Of a stretch of DNA of 64,000 bases, positions 37,413-51,665 are shown piece after piece. Position 1 is the stretch's first letter; each line of letters opens with the position of its first letter. A program made the position numbers and the translations under genes. The stretch is from Chiloscyllium plagiosum (taxonomy: Eukaryota): contig NC_057716.1 in NCBI RefSeq assembly GCF_004010195.1, forward strand, positions 11,156,235-11,220,234, given 5' to 3'. A model generated the notes under the pieces. The model had not been told where the DNA came from. It searched no databases and saw only the letters and a program-made list of their open reading frames with translations.

Positions 37413-39192
37413 AGGTAAAAACAAGGACTGCAGATGCTGGAAATCAGAGTCTAGATCAGAGTGGTGCTGGAAAAGCACAGCAGGTCAGGCAGCATCCGAG
37501 GAGCAGGAAAATCGACATTTCGGGCAGAAGCCCTTCATCAGGAATAGAGGCGAGGGGGGTGTGAGGGGGGAGAAGGTAGCACAGAGTATAATAGGTGGAT
37601 GGGGGTGGGGATGAAGGTGATAGGTCAGCGAGGAGGGTAGAGTGGATAGGTGGAAAGGAAGATAGACAGGTAGGACAGGTCATGAGGGCAGTGCTGAGCT
37701 GGAAGGTTGGAGCTGGGGTGAGGTGGGGGAAAGGGAAATGCGGAAACTGGTGAAATCCACATTGATGCCCTGGAATTGAAATGTTCTGAAGCAGAAGATG
37801 AGGCATTCTTCCTCCAGGAGTCGGGTGGTGAGGGAGCGGCGGTGTAGGAGACCCAGAACCTGCATGTTCTCGGCAGAGTGGGAGGGGGAATTGAAATGTT
37901 GAGCCACAGGGCGGTGGGGTTGATTGGTGCGGGTGTCCCGGAGATGTTCTCTAAAGCGCTCTGCTAGGAGGCGCCCAGTCTCCCCAATGTAGAGGAGACC
38001 GCATCGGGAGCAACGGATACAATAAAAGATATCGGTGGATGTGCATTTAAAACTTTGATGGATGTGGAAGGCTCCTTTGGGGCATGGGATGGTGGTGAGG
38101 GAGGAGGTGTGGGCGCAGGTTTTGCAATTCCTACGGTGGCAGTGGAGGGTACCAGGAAGGGAGAGTGTGTAGTTGGGGGGTGTGGACCTGACCAGGTAGT
38201 CACGGAGGGAACTGTCTTTGCAGAAAGCGGAAATGGGTGGGGAGGGAAATATATCCCTGGTGGTGGGGTCCGCTTGGAGGTGGCGGAAATGTCGTTGGAT
38301 GATGTGGTTTATGCAAAGGTTGGTAAGTGGAAATGGGTGGGGAGGTAAATATATCCCTGGTGGTGGAGTCCGTTTGGAGGTGACAGAAATGTCTTCGAAT
38401 CATGTTTGTGCAAAGGTTGGTAGGGTGGAAGGTGACCACCAGGGGGGTTCTGTCCTTGTTATAGTTGGAGGGGTGGGGTTTGAGGGCGGAGGGGCAGGAT
38501 GTGGACAAGATGCGTAGGAGGGCATCTTTATCCACGTGGGAAGGGAAATTGCGGCCATCTGGTGTGTTCTGTGGTGCAACACCCTCCCTTCCTGACACCT
38601 TCCCCTGCCACTGCAGGAATTGCAAAACCTGCGCCCACACCTCCTCCCTTACCACCATCCAAGGCCTCAAAGGAGCCTTCCACATGCATCAAAGATTTAC
38701 CTGCACATCCACCAATATCATTTATTGTATCCGTTGCTCTCGATGCGGTCTCCTCTAAATTGGGGAGACTGGACGCCTCCTAGCAGAGCGCTTTAGGGAA
38801 CATCTCTGAGGCACCCACACCAATCAACCCCACCGCCCTGTGGCCCAACATTTCAACTCCCCCTCCCACTCTGCAGAGGACATACAGGTCCTGGGCCTCC
38901 TCCACCGCCACTTCCTCACCACCCGATGCCTGGAGGTGACCTGTTCTACCTGCCCATCTTCCTTTCCACCTAGTCACTCCACCCTCCTCTCTGACCTATC
39001 ACCTCCATCCCCACCCCCATTCACCTATTGTACTCTATGCTACTTTCTCCCAACTCCCCTCTCATTTATCTCTCCACTCTGCAGGCACCCTGCCTCTATT
39101 ACTGATGAAGGGCTTTTGCCCGAAACATCGATTTTCCTGTTCCTCGGATGCTGTCTGACCTGCTGTGCTTTTCCAGCAGCACTCTAATCTAG
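37413..39192. mobile_element. Penelope-like element inserted as an inverted pair, with target-site duplication
   Basis: Left arm (-) to about 38580 and right arm (+) from about 38580 both carry IIYCIRCSRCGLL/GETGR GIY-YIG remnants. Flanked by acttcaatgatatct at 37398-37412 and 39193-39207. Confidence 0.88.
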
Positions 39193-39343
39193 ACTTCAAT
39201 GATATCTGTCAGTCAAGTATTGTAATTGAAAACTTAAGTTGAGTGGACTGTGTTAGATCTTAAAAGAATCAAATAATGCATTGTGCAGAATATGTAAAAA
39301 CACATATTTCATAAAGCATTAATTTTAACAATGCAAATCTTAC

Positions 39344-39446
39344 CTTTAAAATTATGGACACAGTAGGTGACGGGCTCACCATGAACAGGCGTGTATTTAA
39401 TTTCAACTGAACCAGGACCAGGCACAACAAAGTCTGCAGCTCTGTA
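39344..39446 (-). CDS. IDH1: IDH1 coding exon 3 of 8
   Basis: ccacag|TAC AGA GCT GCA GAC TTT...AAA G|gtaaga. Encodes [20 protein letters not shown]; 103 nt. Confidence 0.95.
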
Positions 39447-40023
39447 CTGTGGACAAAATTTTTATCCATGACTAAATAAGAATCAAAACAATGTTAGACT
39501 TTATATTTTTCAAGCCACATTCAATGAGGGGTTTAACTTTCATTCTAATTGAATTAAAATGATAAAGCTCATCAGCCAAAACACCCAGATTAAAATAAAT
39601 CACTCGATAAGCTCTTAACAATTAGTAATGATTCAGTCAAAATAGCATTATATTTTGAATTGTTCTATTTCGGTTCAAGGTTTCTCAAACTGTGGGTGAT
39701 TGCAAGAATGAAAATTTGTGTCTTAAGCTCAATGGCTACCATGCACTTCAGTCTGAAGGCCTACTGCTGCAAGAGCTCCTCAATCGTTCACTTGTTTTGT
39801 GTTGGCAGATATGCCCTGAGGGACAGATCTTCAAGATCAGATTGCCTCCAAAAACAAAATGGCCCGTGAAAAGGTATTTGTTTTTACAAAACTGCAAGGA
39901 TAAATTCTTGATATCAGGTTGTTGCTCACCAGCTGAAGCTCATCTCCACCACTGAGCAAATAAAGCTTCAATCTACTCAGCAGCTGAAGCCCACAATTGT
40001 TCCCACTCAACAGATGAAGATCA

Positions 40024-40115
40024 TTCCTGATGAAGGGCTTATGCCGGAAACGTCGGTTCTCCTGTTTTTCGGATGCTGCCTGACTGGCTGTGCTTTTCCA
40101 GCACCACACTTTTCG
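40024..40115 (+). mobile_element. 92-bp Penelope-terminus mini-insertion with 15-bp TSD
   Basis: aacagatgaagatca at 40009-40023 and 40116-40130. The insert matches the terminus of the 37413-39192 element. Confidence 0.85.
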
Positions 40116-40364
40116 AACAGATGAAGATCACTCTCACATCTGCTCAACAACTCCCATACCCTCGCATATGTTCAGATTTGGAATAGGTTTGGCAAGCACT
40201 GCAGTCATGGTTTTTAGGATTGCAGTTCCCTGCTATCCATGATCATCTGGCATTGTTCACCCATGTGACTATTACTTGCATGTAAGCTTTTACAATAAAT
40301 GTCCACTGGCTCTTCAATTACAAGAGCAAATTACAGCTAACAGCAATTCCATGATCACATAAAT

Positions 40365-41290
40365 AGAAACATAGAAAATAAGAGCAGGAGAAAGCTGTTT
40401 GGCCCTTCCGGCATGCTCCACCATGCAAAATGACAACGTCTGATCATCCAATTAGTGCCCTGTTCCCATTTTTTCCTCATATCCTTTGATCGCTTTAGAC
40501 TCAATCATTGTATCTAACTAATTGAAAACATTTGATGTTTTGGCCTCAACTGCTTTTTGTAATGGAAAATTTCAAAGGCTCATCATGCTGGGTAAAGATA
40601 TTTCTCCTCACCTTAGTCCTAAATGGCCTACTTTGTATCCTTAAACTGTGACCCCTTATTCCAGACTCCCCAGTCATCAAGAACATTGTTCTTCTTTATC
40701 CTGTTTAGTCCAATTTGAGTATGAGGGGTTTATATAAGAACCCCCTCATTTTTCTGAACTCAAGTGAATATAGTCCAAAATGATACAGTCTTTCTTCACC
40801 GGTCAGTCCTCCTATCTCAGGAAACAGCCTGGTAAGCCTTCATTGTACTCCCTTCACAGCCAGAACATCCTTCCTTAGCTAAGGTGACCAAAAGTGCACA
40901 CAATACCCCAGATGTGATCTCACCAGGGTCCTTTATAATTGCAGCAGGATATCCCAGCTCCTGAATTCAAATCCTCTCACTACAAATGACAACATAGCAT
41001 TTCCTTCTTGACCATCAGCTGCACCGGCCTGTGTATTTTGAATAACTGGTGTACAAAGAAACTTGGGTCTTTTTGCACCTCCCTCTTTCCCAATCTATCA
41101 CCATCCACATAATAATCTGCCTTCCTGTTTTTGCTATTAAAATTGATAACCTCACATTTATCCATATTCCACTTCATCTGCCATGCATTTTTCTACTCAC
41201 TCAACTTACCTAAATCACAGTGAAGTACCTCTGCATCCTCACAGTGCATCCTCCCTCCAGCTTTGTGTCATTAGCTAACTGAGCAAATTC
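40365..41290 (-). mobile_element. CR1 LINE 3' part, older
   Basis: MKWNMDKCEVINF...LGKREVQKD remnant. Tail atagaaacatagaaaat. Confidence 0.7.
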
Positions 41291-41849
41291 ACTCATGCGC
41301 TTAGTATTTAAGTGTAAGTCTGTTGAAGTCCAATATTAAGTTTGAAAATTGACGTGGATTACCAGAAAAAGAACAACATTCCCAAGTTAAATTAATATTT
41401 ATAATATTAATTCAACCATTAATAGTATTAATATTTCCAAAGCATATGTAAAATCTTTACTGATGATCCAGCATTTGACAAAAAGAATATTTTCTTTGTG
41501 GGTGTCAGGTATAATACCATTCTTCAGTTGACAGATGGCCAGCGGCCCCGTGATTACAGGTACAAATAAATGTAAGTAGAATTTAACAGTGTGCAAAAAG
41601 ACATGATTTTCTGTCCTGTTTAGAAAATTAACAACTAAATTATTTTCCACTTAAGGGGTGATGATATCCAGTGAAAATTCTTTGTTGGATTTACTGTTCC
41701 ATGGAAAGTATTGTGGAGAAGTTGATCCTTCATAATTTATCATGATCTTAACATATGAAGCATTTTCAACTCATTTACTGACCATTCACTGAAAGGTATT
41801 TAGTAGTTTCTTCAACTCGCTATAATTATTAAATCAACGTCCAATAATA

Positions 41850-43650
41850 GTCATAGAGTAATAGAGGATGTACAGCATGGAAACAGACCCTTCGGTCCAA
41901 CCCGTCCATACCGACCAGATATCCCAACCCAATCTAGTCCCACCTGCCAGCACCTGGCCCATAACCCTCCAAACTCTTCCTATTCATATACCCATCCTGA
42001 TGCCTTTTAAATGTTGCAATTGTACTAGCCTCCACCACTTCCTCTGAGTAAAAAAGTTGCCTCTTAGGTCACTTTTATATCTTTCCCCTCTCACCTAAAC
42101 CCCTCTGGACTCCCCCACCCCAGGGAAAAAAAACCTTGTCTATTTACCCTATCCATACCCCTCATGATTTTATAAACCTCTAAAAAGGTCACCCCTTAGC
42201 CTCCAACGCTCCAGGGAAAACAGCCCCAGCCTGTACAGCCTCTCCCTATAGGTCAGATCCTCCAACCCTGGCAACATCCTTGTAAATCCTTTCTGAACCC
42301 TTTCACATTTCACAACATCTTTCCAATAGGATGGAGACCAGAATTGCACGCAGTATTCCAGCAGTGGCCTAACCAATGTCCTATACAGCCGCAACATTAC
42401 CTCCCAACTCCTGTACTCAATACTCTGACCAATAAAGGAAAGCATACCAAATGCCTTCCTCACTATCCTATCTACCTGCGACTCCACTTTCAAGGAGCTA
42501 TGAACCTGCACTCCAAGGTCTCTTTGTTCAGCAACACTCCTTAGGACGTAACCATTAAGTGTATAAGTCCTGCTAAGATTTGCTTTCCTAAAATGCAGCA
42601 CCTCATATTTATCTAAGTTCAACTCTATCTGCCACTTCTCAGCCCACTGGCCCATTTGATCAAGATCCCGTTATAATCTGAGGCAACCTTCTTCGCTGTC
42701 CACTACACCTCCAATTTTGGTGTCATCAGCAAACTTACTAACTGTACCTCTTATACTTACATCCAAATCATTTATATAAATGACAAAAAGTAGTGGACCC
42801 AGCACCGATCCTTGTGGCACTCCACTGGTCACAGGCTACAGTCTGAAAAACAACCCTCCACCACCATCCTCTGTCTTCTACCTTTGAGCCAGTTCTGTAT
42901 CCAAATGGCGAGTTCTCCCTGTATTCCATGAGATCTGACCTTGCTCACCAGTCTCCCATGGGGAACCTTGTCGCACTCCTTACTTAAGTCTATCTAAATC
43001 ACATCTACCACTGTGCTCTCATCAAAAGTCTTTGTTACTCCATAAAAAACTGAATCAAGTTTGTGAGACATGATTTCCCATGCATAAAACCATACTGACC
43101 ATTCCTAATTACTCCTTGCCTTTCCAAATATATGTACATCCTGTCCCTCAGGATTCCCTCAAACAACTTGCCCACCACCGACATCAGGTTCATTGGTCTA
43201 TAGTTTCCTGGCTTGTAATTACCACCTTTTTAAACAGTGGCACATGTCAGCCAACCTCCAGTGATCTGGCATCTCACCTGTGACTATCAATGATACAAAT
43301 ATCTCAGTAAGAGGCCCAGCAATCACTTCCCTAGCTTCCCATAGAGTTCTAGGATACACCTGATCAGGCCCAGGGGATTTATCCACCCTTATGGGTTTAA
43401 GACATCCAGCACTTCCTCCTCTGTAATATGGACATTTTTCAAGATGTCTATTTCCCTACATTCCATATCTTCCATGTCCTTTTCCACAGTAAACACTGAT
43501 GTAAAATACTCGTTTAGTATCTTCCCCATCTCCTGCAGCTCCACACAAAGGCCACCTTACTGATCTTTGAGGAGCCCTCTTCTCTCCCTAGTTACCCTTT
43601 TGTCCTTAATGTATTTGTAAAAAAACCCTTTGGATTTTCCTTATTCTATA
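41850..43650 (-). mobile_element. CR1 LINE 3' part
   Basis: ORF 42170-42655 GQWAEKWQ...LYRTLVRPLLEYCVQFWSP. Same family as the 19390 and 33905 copies. Confidence 0.92.
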
Positions 43651-43914
43651 CATTTGTTATTGTCTGTGCATCTTGACTGGCCATTCCTCAAGTCAGCAAA
43701 AAAGTGGTTACCAAGTGAGACTTATACAAACTCACACCTATCAATGTAATTAGACTGTGTGCTGGTCCATCAGCTTAGTGCATTTAGGTTTGATCTCTCA
43801 ACAGCATTCCTTGGCAAGCATTTCACTGAAAGAAAATTATGGTAAACTTTCTGCGGACATTGGTATTTTTGAAATTAATATGGAAGATATGTCCATGAGA
43901 TCACTGGAAATGAT

Positions 43915-44198
43915 TATAGAATCCTTACGGTGTGGAAGCAAGCCTTTTGGCCCATCGAGTCCACACTGACCCTCAGTATAGCCCACCCAGACCCACTCCC
44001 CTATCTTATCCAGTAATCCTGCGTCGTTTATGGCTAATCCACCTAGCCTGCACATCCCTGGTCACTGTGTGCAATTTAGCATGGCTAATCCACCTGATCT
44101 GCATATCTTTGGACTGTGGGAGGAAACCCACGCAGATACAGGGAGGACGCTGGCACTGTGAGGCAACAATGCTAACTACTGAGCCACCATGCTGCCCA
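43915..44198 (-). mobile_element. HE1-type SINE, internally deleted
   Basis: Reverse complement gggcagcatggtggctcagtagttagc...gcgtgggtttcctcccacagtccaaagat. Confidence 0.8.
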
Positions 44199-47100
44199 TA
44201 TCTAATCATATGAACAGTATTTCAACATTCGTGAGTGCCAACATGGATCAATACTAAAACATTGAGATCAATTTCCCAGCCAATTAGAGATGGAAGGGAT
44301 GAAATAATGTCTCCATGTCACTACTAGATTTTGAGAAAGGTGGTTAACAGGAAGGAGGACTTTGCACTGACACACTTCAACTAACTTCAATTTGACCAGG
44401 TTTTCCTATATTTCCAAACATATGTAAAAACCATTAGACTTCAGTTCCTTGCCTGGTATAAAGGAGGCAGTTACATTAGCAGATGTCACTTGTGACTCCA
44501 TTCGGCAACCATCATGAACAGCTTAGCATTTAAAGTGACAAGAGAGGCATTTGCCTTGTTATAGGGAAAAGGATAAAATATAAATGCCAAAACTATTACA
44601 GCGTACTGCTACAATGCCATCCTAGAGTTGACACTTGTGTGGCTATTGATAACTGAGTACATCTATCTGCTGTTGGCCTCATTCTTTAGGATTTGGGACT
44701 TCCACTGAAGTCAGGGAGGGAAAGAATTAAAGGCAATGGCGACGGCAAACCAGAGGGGCAGAAAGGGTGGCTGCATTGGGGTTGCACATCATGGCAATGT
44801 GTTGCACACTGCACAATCTGGCATCTGTAAGTATCCCTTCATCTGAAAGATTGCAGAGATTCAAGACAACAACTCTGCACCACCATCTCCAGTGCAATTA
44901 AGAATGAGCAATAAACGCATCCTGTAAACAAATAAAAATACTGACACTTTGACAATGGGAATATCTCACAGCATGACATCTGCTCCAATGATGAGGAAAT
45001 GTAGGAAGGTAATAACTGGCTCAGGATGCAAAGCAATCTAGGGCAGATAAAGATGCAATGAGAAAAACATAGGGGAGGTTGGGGACAACAAAACAGACAA
45101 ATTTCACATGATCTTCAATGTCAGATTTCTGTAATTCAATAAAGCTTCAGCACTCTACATTCCTTTGCTGCTTCCTTCATTGACCTTGCCATGTATTTGC
45201 ACACACTAAGACATTAGATAGTGGTAGGAGGAATAATTCAATCTTATACAGTTTTGTCCCACCCATTAACCAAGTGGCCAAGCCAGGGTCATCTGGAAGT
45301 CTCAGAAGCCCACTGAAATGCAAAGAAACCTCATACTTACTGATGAATAAAGAAAAAATGCCAAACAGCATGCTTTGACCTATTAACTCAAGAGTGCAGC
45401 TAAATCCTCTTTGTAAATCTTTGAAATGTGTTTCTACATAGTGCTCCCCCTGCAACATCAACTGAAGTTGAGGCAGGCTGCTGACTAGCTTTGAATGACC
45501 TTGACAGGCATCCTCCGCTTGCCTGAAGGCTGGTGGATGCTGACATATCAAGGACCATTTGCACAGTTCCAGCAGCCTGCCATCTCAGCCAATGAGGCAT
45601 TAGTGTCATAGATGGATGAGCTGAGGAGCCATTGCTAATGGCAGAAACATCCCAACTGGAGTCCATAAATGCTTCAGCAGTCACTCCACTATCGTTTCAA
45701 TGCACAGCTGCACCCCTGAAGAGTGCGAAGACAGAGAGTGAGTTCAGCTGTCTCGTTCAGCCACTGATGCACAATGGTCATGGAATTACCAAAATCTTTA
45801 AGGTCCATGTGCACCTACCACATCCACGAGATGCTGTTTTCCATAAGGGTCACCAGCATTGTTCTTCTCAGGGTCGCCAAGCTCATAATGGGGGAAACCA
45901 ACTGTGCATACACCAGGTATTGCTGGTGTGACCTACATGTGATGTAACTGACTTTTAACTACCCTCTGAAATGGCCAAGCAAGCCTTTCAGTTCACAAAT
46001 AATCAAGGATGGACAGCAAATGCTAGCCTTGTCAGCCATACTTGCATTTCATGAAATAATAAAATAAATTATACTTCTCTCAACTAAACAGCAGCAGTTC
46101 CTGCTTCCAGTTTCACCAGTAAGACCACTAGCCTTAATGAAAAATTCAACATGTGATCTTTGTATCAGTTTAAATTTGACTGAAAACTGATTTGATCGCT
46201 TTCTGTTGTAATTTTTTTCAATCTTTTCATTAAAGTAACATTAATTTTCTTAAATGAATCAATGTTTTTAGCCACAATCTTCCATGCAAACATTTTCAAC
46301 TATTGATCACAAAGATAGGTTCAATTAGAATCCATATATCTCTTTCAAGAAAGAAATTATCCATATATTCTTATTAAGAGTATATTAAGATGAAAATCGA
46401 CACAAGGGAGATCATTTTTTGAGCGATGACTAAAAGCTAGACACTGGTTAGTAAGGCTGAAAAGGAAGTGACAATCCCTTTCCACTCATGTCCATTTAAA
46501 GGAATAAGATGTAAGTTAGCCTTGATTTCTGCTCTAATTCTGCACCTGTCTACCTGTTCCATCCAAGTATTTTTACAGTTTCATATGTAACTTAATCTCT
46601 TCTGTTTTTATAGACAGGCCTTCTCATAAGCATGCTGTCAGAAAGTAAGTTTTAGTCTGAGAATGAAAAAAGAAAACAAAATAGTTAAGAATTGAACAAA
46701 GATAAAATGTGAGGAGACAAAGATTCAGACTTAGTAAACTAAAAACAGTACAATAGAGAAATAAGAAAACAGAGAGAAATTAAAATGCAAGGAAATACAG
46801 GATGATGTAAACTATTGGGATAAACTAAGAAAAACATTAGTGAGAAAAAGTATTTTAAAAATAAATATTCCTTAGAAACAAAGGATAACAATAAAATTAA
46901 AAATTGTGCACTAATTTGAAATAATGTATAATGTCTGTTAAAATTAATTGTATAAAGATTGAGTTTTACATTATTTTTAATAAAACTGACATCAATCATT
47001 GCATTTGTTATCACCTTCGCCTCCAATTTGATTGCAAAATGTATAAAATTGCTTTTCAAAGCAAAGCTCATGTTTGGCTTTATCATTATTTTGCCATTTT

Positions 47101-47239
47101 AGGATCACCTGTTTACTAATGCAACATAGTTTGCAGATTCTGCATTATTTATTAACATTTGCTCCAAGGTTAAACTCAAGGTTTAAATACTACCATTAAA
47201 CTGTGTTAGTCTGTACAAAGAAAGTGTTTAATTTACTCG

Positions 47240-47765
47240 CCTTCATCGCTCACATCTTTGAGTATAGGAGTTGGGACACAGTGTTGATATTGTAAAAGGT
47301 GTGGCCTCCTCTGGAACACTGTGTCCAGTTTTGGTTGTGCTGTTCTAGGAGGATATTATTAAGCTGGAGAGGATTCGGAATAAAATTACCAGGATGTTGC
47401 AGGGAGTTAAATAATAAAGGAGAGGCTAGATAGGTTGGGACTTCTTTTTCACTAGAGTGTAGGAGGTTAAGGGGTTACCTTCTACAGGGTTATAAAATCA
47501 TAACAGTTTTAGGAGAAAGATTTAAAAAAGACATTTTTTGTTTTACACAGAGTGCTGCATGTATAGAATAAACTTCCAAAGGAAGTGATGAATGTGGGTA
47601 CAGTTATAACGTTTAAAAGACATTATGATAAATACATGAATAAAAAATATGTTTAGAGGGCTATGGGTCAAGTGCAGGCAGGTGGGACTCATTTAGTTTG
47701 GGATTATGATCGGCATGGACTAGTTTGACTGAAGGGTCTGCTTTTGTGCTGTGCAACTCTATGAC
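47240..47765 (+). mobile_element. CR1 3' fragment
   Basis: ttgagtataggagttggga...gaagggtctg...ctctatgac, similar to the other CR1 3' ends. Confidence 0.7.
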
Positions 47766-49287
47766 AATTCGTAGATAGTTATAAACCATCAGGTGAATTT
47801 TGCTCTTTACCTCAAATGATTTTTATAAGTTTAACACTTGGCAGATAATATATTTCCATGTTTCTTATCTTTACAGTAATATCCCTATCCCTGTTCATGA
47901 ATAGTGACCAAGGGACAATTAATTACTCCAGAGTAAAGTACAAACAAAGTGAGTAAAACTTGAGGAAGTAATTTACAGAGACTTCCAAAACTGCATACTA
48001 TGGGTATCGAGTACAGAGAACAGACTCCAATTTTCAAACATTATCAAAAATATTGTGCTTTTCTGACATGATTCTATTATAATGAACATACACTCAACAC
48101 TAAAAGTATATGCAGGGTTCTTTTGGAAAGGGAGAAAGGAGTGGTTTCAATATAAAGTATTCTGCCTGCCTTTTTCATGGGGAATATATACTTTTAATAC
48201 ACTCATCTTATCAACTTCGAGAAATTTTTCTATCTTCCAAAAACGATCATGTTGGCCATCATCATGTTTCCATTGATTAAGCCAGAAGACTATTTTAGAC
48301 TGGCCCAGCTGCCAATTTGGTGGTATCCAACAGAATAAAAGCAAATAGAAGTGGAGGGTTTTTTTCACGTTGTCTTCTCCAGGTTTACCTATATGCCAGT
48401 TCAAAACTTTGTCTTTTCCATTAATCAATGATGGTATATAGAATACACCTATAATCATCACAGTACCTTCACCCAGCAAAGCAAAATGACATATTTCCAT
48501 GAACAATATCTCTTCTGCATATGAATCAAGGAGCAGAAATTCTGCACTGACAAACTTGAACAAAATTTGTTACTGTACACATAAATTGTTTATTCCCTAA
48601 CTACATTCCATCTATTAGTAAGTCAAAATAGAAAAAAATAAAAGTTTACTTGTAGCAGACCATTTAGAGTGGAGATTGGGATTTAGGTATTTAGATTTCT
48701 AATGTCTGCACAGGACTGATATTTATACTCATTTTTATTTGAAATGTGGAATTAATAAACTTTTCAGATTAATATGGCTGAGTTTTATACTGTTACAACC
48801 AAACAATGTTCCAATGATTTTACTGAATCAATATTGACAGCTATCATAACTTTAGTTTCAGCACAGTTGGTGAGACTGCATTGTTATACATCATCCAGAA
48901 CCTAAGAGGTACTGTAAAATCTTGGCTCTATTGCTGCATAACATATTGACACCAGAATTAAGGGACAACTACCTTTATGGCCACTAAAAGAGTGAACAGC
49001 TCTTTGAAATAGTTCCAATGTAGATAGCCCAGAAAAAGAAAATAAGAACGAACAAAAATTTGACTTTGGTGGTTACAAAGCAGTTTTGATAGAAATTCTG
49101 GCGCAATTGTTGCACATTATTCAAACTAACAGTGCTGAAATCAGTAAATGAGCTAGCAATTAAGCTATATTCAGTTAAGGTCACAAGGACTTAAAATATT
49201 TTTACTCTTTAAAAGATTATCAAAATAACAGTGAGTCAAAGATCTTTCAGACTTACATTTTACGACACTAATTAAATTACTATTTCA

Positions 49288-49611
<324 letters not shown>

Positions 49612-50574
49612 CTACTTTCAAACAAAATCTACTTGAAATACATGATATTGATACTGAATATTTATTTTTCAGAAGAATATTTATGTACTTCTCCTTTGAA
49701 AGCACACAGGATTATAGATTATTACTGTGCCAGTGAAAGGTCTATGTCCATTCAGAAGAGACTGAAGTTTCTTGTTTAGACTGAAGTTGAAACACAAACT
49801 TAAAACTAAAATAGAAATCCAAAGGAATAGGTCCACTGTCAATCCACTATTAAAGGCATTTATATTCCAGAGCCAAATCTCAAGTTTCAGCATAAAATAA
49901 TAAATTTAATATATACATTAATTTGGTTACATTGTACTGCTAAAAATGTTCTATTGTGCAAGATTTTTCAAATTATTTTGTATGTGAAACAGGACAGCAA
50001 AAAAAAACTGGAACTAGCAATTTAGTAAAAAATTATTTTAAAATTAATTTACATTTCTTCCTAAATTAACCATCAAATTAAATGTAAATGTCTTTATTCC
50101 TTCTTGTAAAACTATAAAATCTAGTAATTGGACTGCTGTTCGTCTTCTACAAAACTCTCTTGACATCCAGCGTATGTTTAGTCTGTAAAAGCATGAACGC
50201 ACTTTCTGCAATTTCTTGTTTGAAGGTGGCCATCTTAGTTGTTTTGCATGTCTTCACACATACTTTTGTTTTTGGGGAATTACAAGGAAGTGGTATAAGG
50301 ATTCAGAAGTGAACATTCATCTCATTGCTCCCTCTTGAACACATTTCTGTGGCCAACAGGTAGTGAGGCATTACCCAAATGAGCTACAATTCCTTCATGG
50401 CAACCTTCTGCAGTGGCTCTATTCATGGCTAACCACGATGAAATGAACCCAGAGGCTAACCCATATGTTATCGTACCACTAACTTGTTGGAGAACAGATA
50501 TCATTTAATTCTTTATTTACAAAAAAAAATCCATTGTGGTTGCTTCTTTTTTAACTTTAAATAGTCCTTGTACA

Positions 50575-50748
50575 TCCACAGCCCAAAGATGTGCAAATCA
50601 GGTGAATTGGCCATGCTAATTGCCCATAGTATTATGTTCATTAGTCAGGGGTAAATATAGGGTAGGAGAATGGCTCTGGGTGGGTTACTCTTTGGAGGAT
50701 TAGTGTGGACTTGGGCCAAATGGCCTGTTTCCACACATCTAATCTAAT
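50575..50748 (+). mobile_element. HE1-type SINE 3' half
   Basis: ccaaagatgtgc...ggtgaattggccatgctaa...ggcctgtttccacac(atcta)n. Confidence 0.75.
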
Positions 50749-51529
50749 CATAACTCAGATCAAAGAACATATACTAAACATCAATTTCCACAGAAAACAC
50801 TATTCTTCCTTCTCCCTATTAAAAAAAAGACAAATAACTTAAAAGCAGGTACAGAATAAATTTCCTAGAGATTCATCTAACCACTGCTCAAACAGCATTA
50901 AAAAGGAAGATGGGATTACACAATTTTTTTTAAATGCCCATGTCCAACTACTTTCCCAAAAATCCAAATTCATTTTGAGACTGAAGTCTAGGAATGTAAG
51001 ACTTAGGAGCAGGAGTAGGCCATTTGCCTTTTGGATTATTCTGGCAAATATTCCTGCCCTCCCTCTCCCCAGAAGATGTTTTATTTTCTGGATTTCAAAT
51101 TGTTTAACTACTTCAATAAATAAATTTGCATAATTGTTTTTAAAAACAAAGTCAAACAACTGTAAATAATTATTAACACACATTTACTAAACATTCCCAT
51201 GAAACCCAAGTTAGTTATCCTGATTAATGGAAGAAATTTACCTTGTAGGGAAATTATAAACTTTTTTTTCATATGATATCAGGTCAGTTGATGTGGCATT
51301 AGGTTAAAAATATGCATGTTTAATCTTTAGTTTGTATGGAGTTAGCCAACATCAATCAGGATAGTAATTGTGTCAGAGGAAAGAACAAACATAATTAAAC
51401 TTATTGTGGCAAAGTTATGGGAAGACACATATCAGCCATGACCCACTTATTGTTTTCTTTCCTGTAACCCCAACAGGAAGAGTGCTGTCTATGGAGGTCA
51501 AGGGACAGTTGGAATTAAACAACAGTAAA

Positions 51530-51665
51530 ATCTAAAAAAAAACCCTGCAGATGCTGTAAATCAGAGACAAAATTAGAAATTGCTGGAATAGCTCCGCAAG
51601 TCTGCTAGCATCTGTGTAGAGAAATCAGAGTTAACATTTTGGATTGAGTGACCCTTCCTCAGAAC
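51530..51665 (-). mobile_element. Short Penelope-type terminus with a decayed hammerhead motif (51630-51665)
   Basis: ctgcagatgctg...gcatctgtg architecture. Minus strand reads GUU-CUGAGGA-A-GGGUC-ACUC-AAUCC-AAAA-UGUU-AAC. Confidence 0.55.

Noticed and set aside
44540-45950. Possible decayed Harbinger/PIF transposase (CCTLHNLA-like string near 44800)
   Set aside because: Only one short motif, with no continuous frame or terminal inverted repeats found. Needs a profile search.
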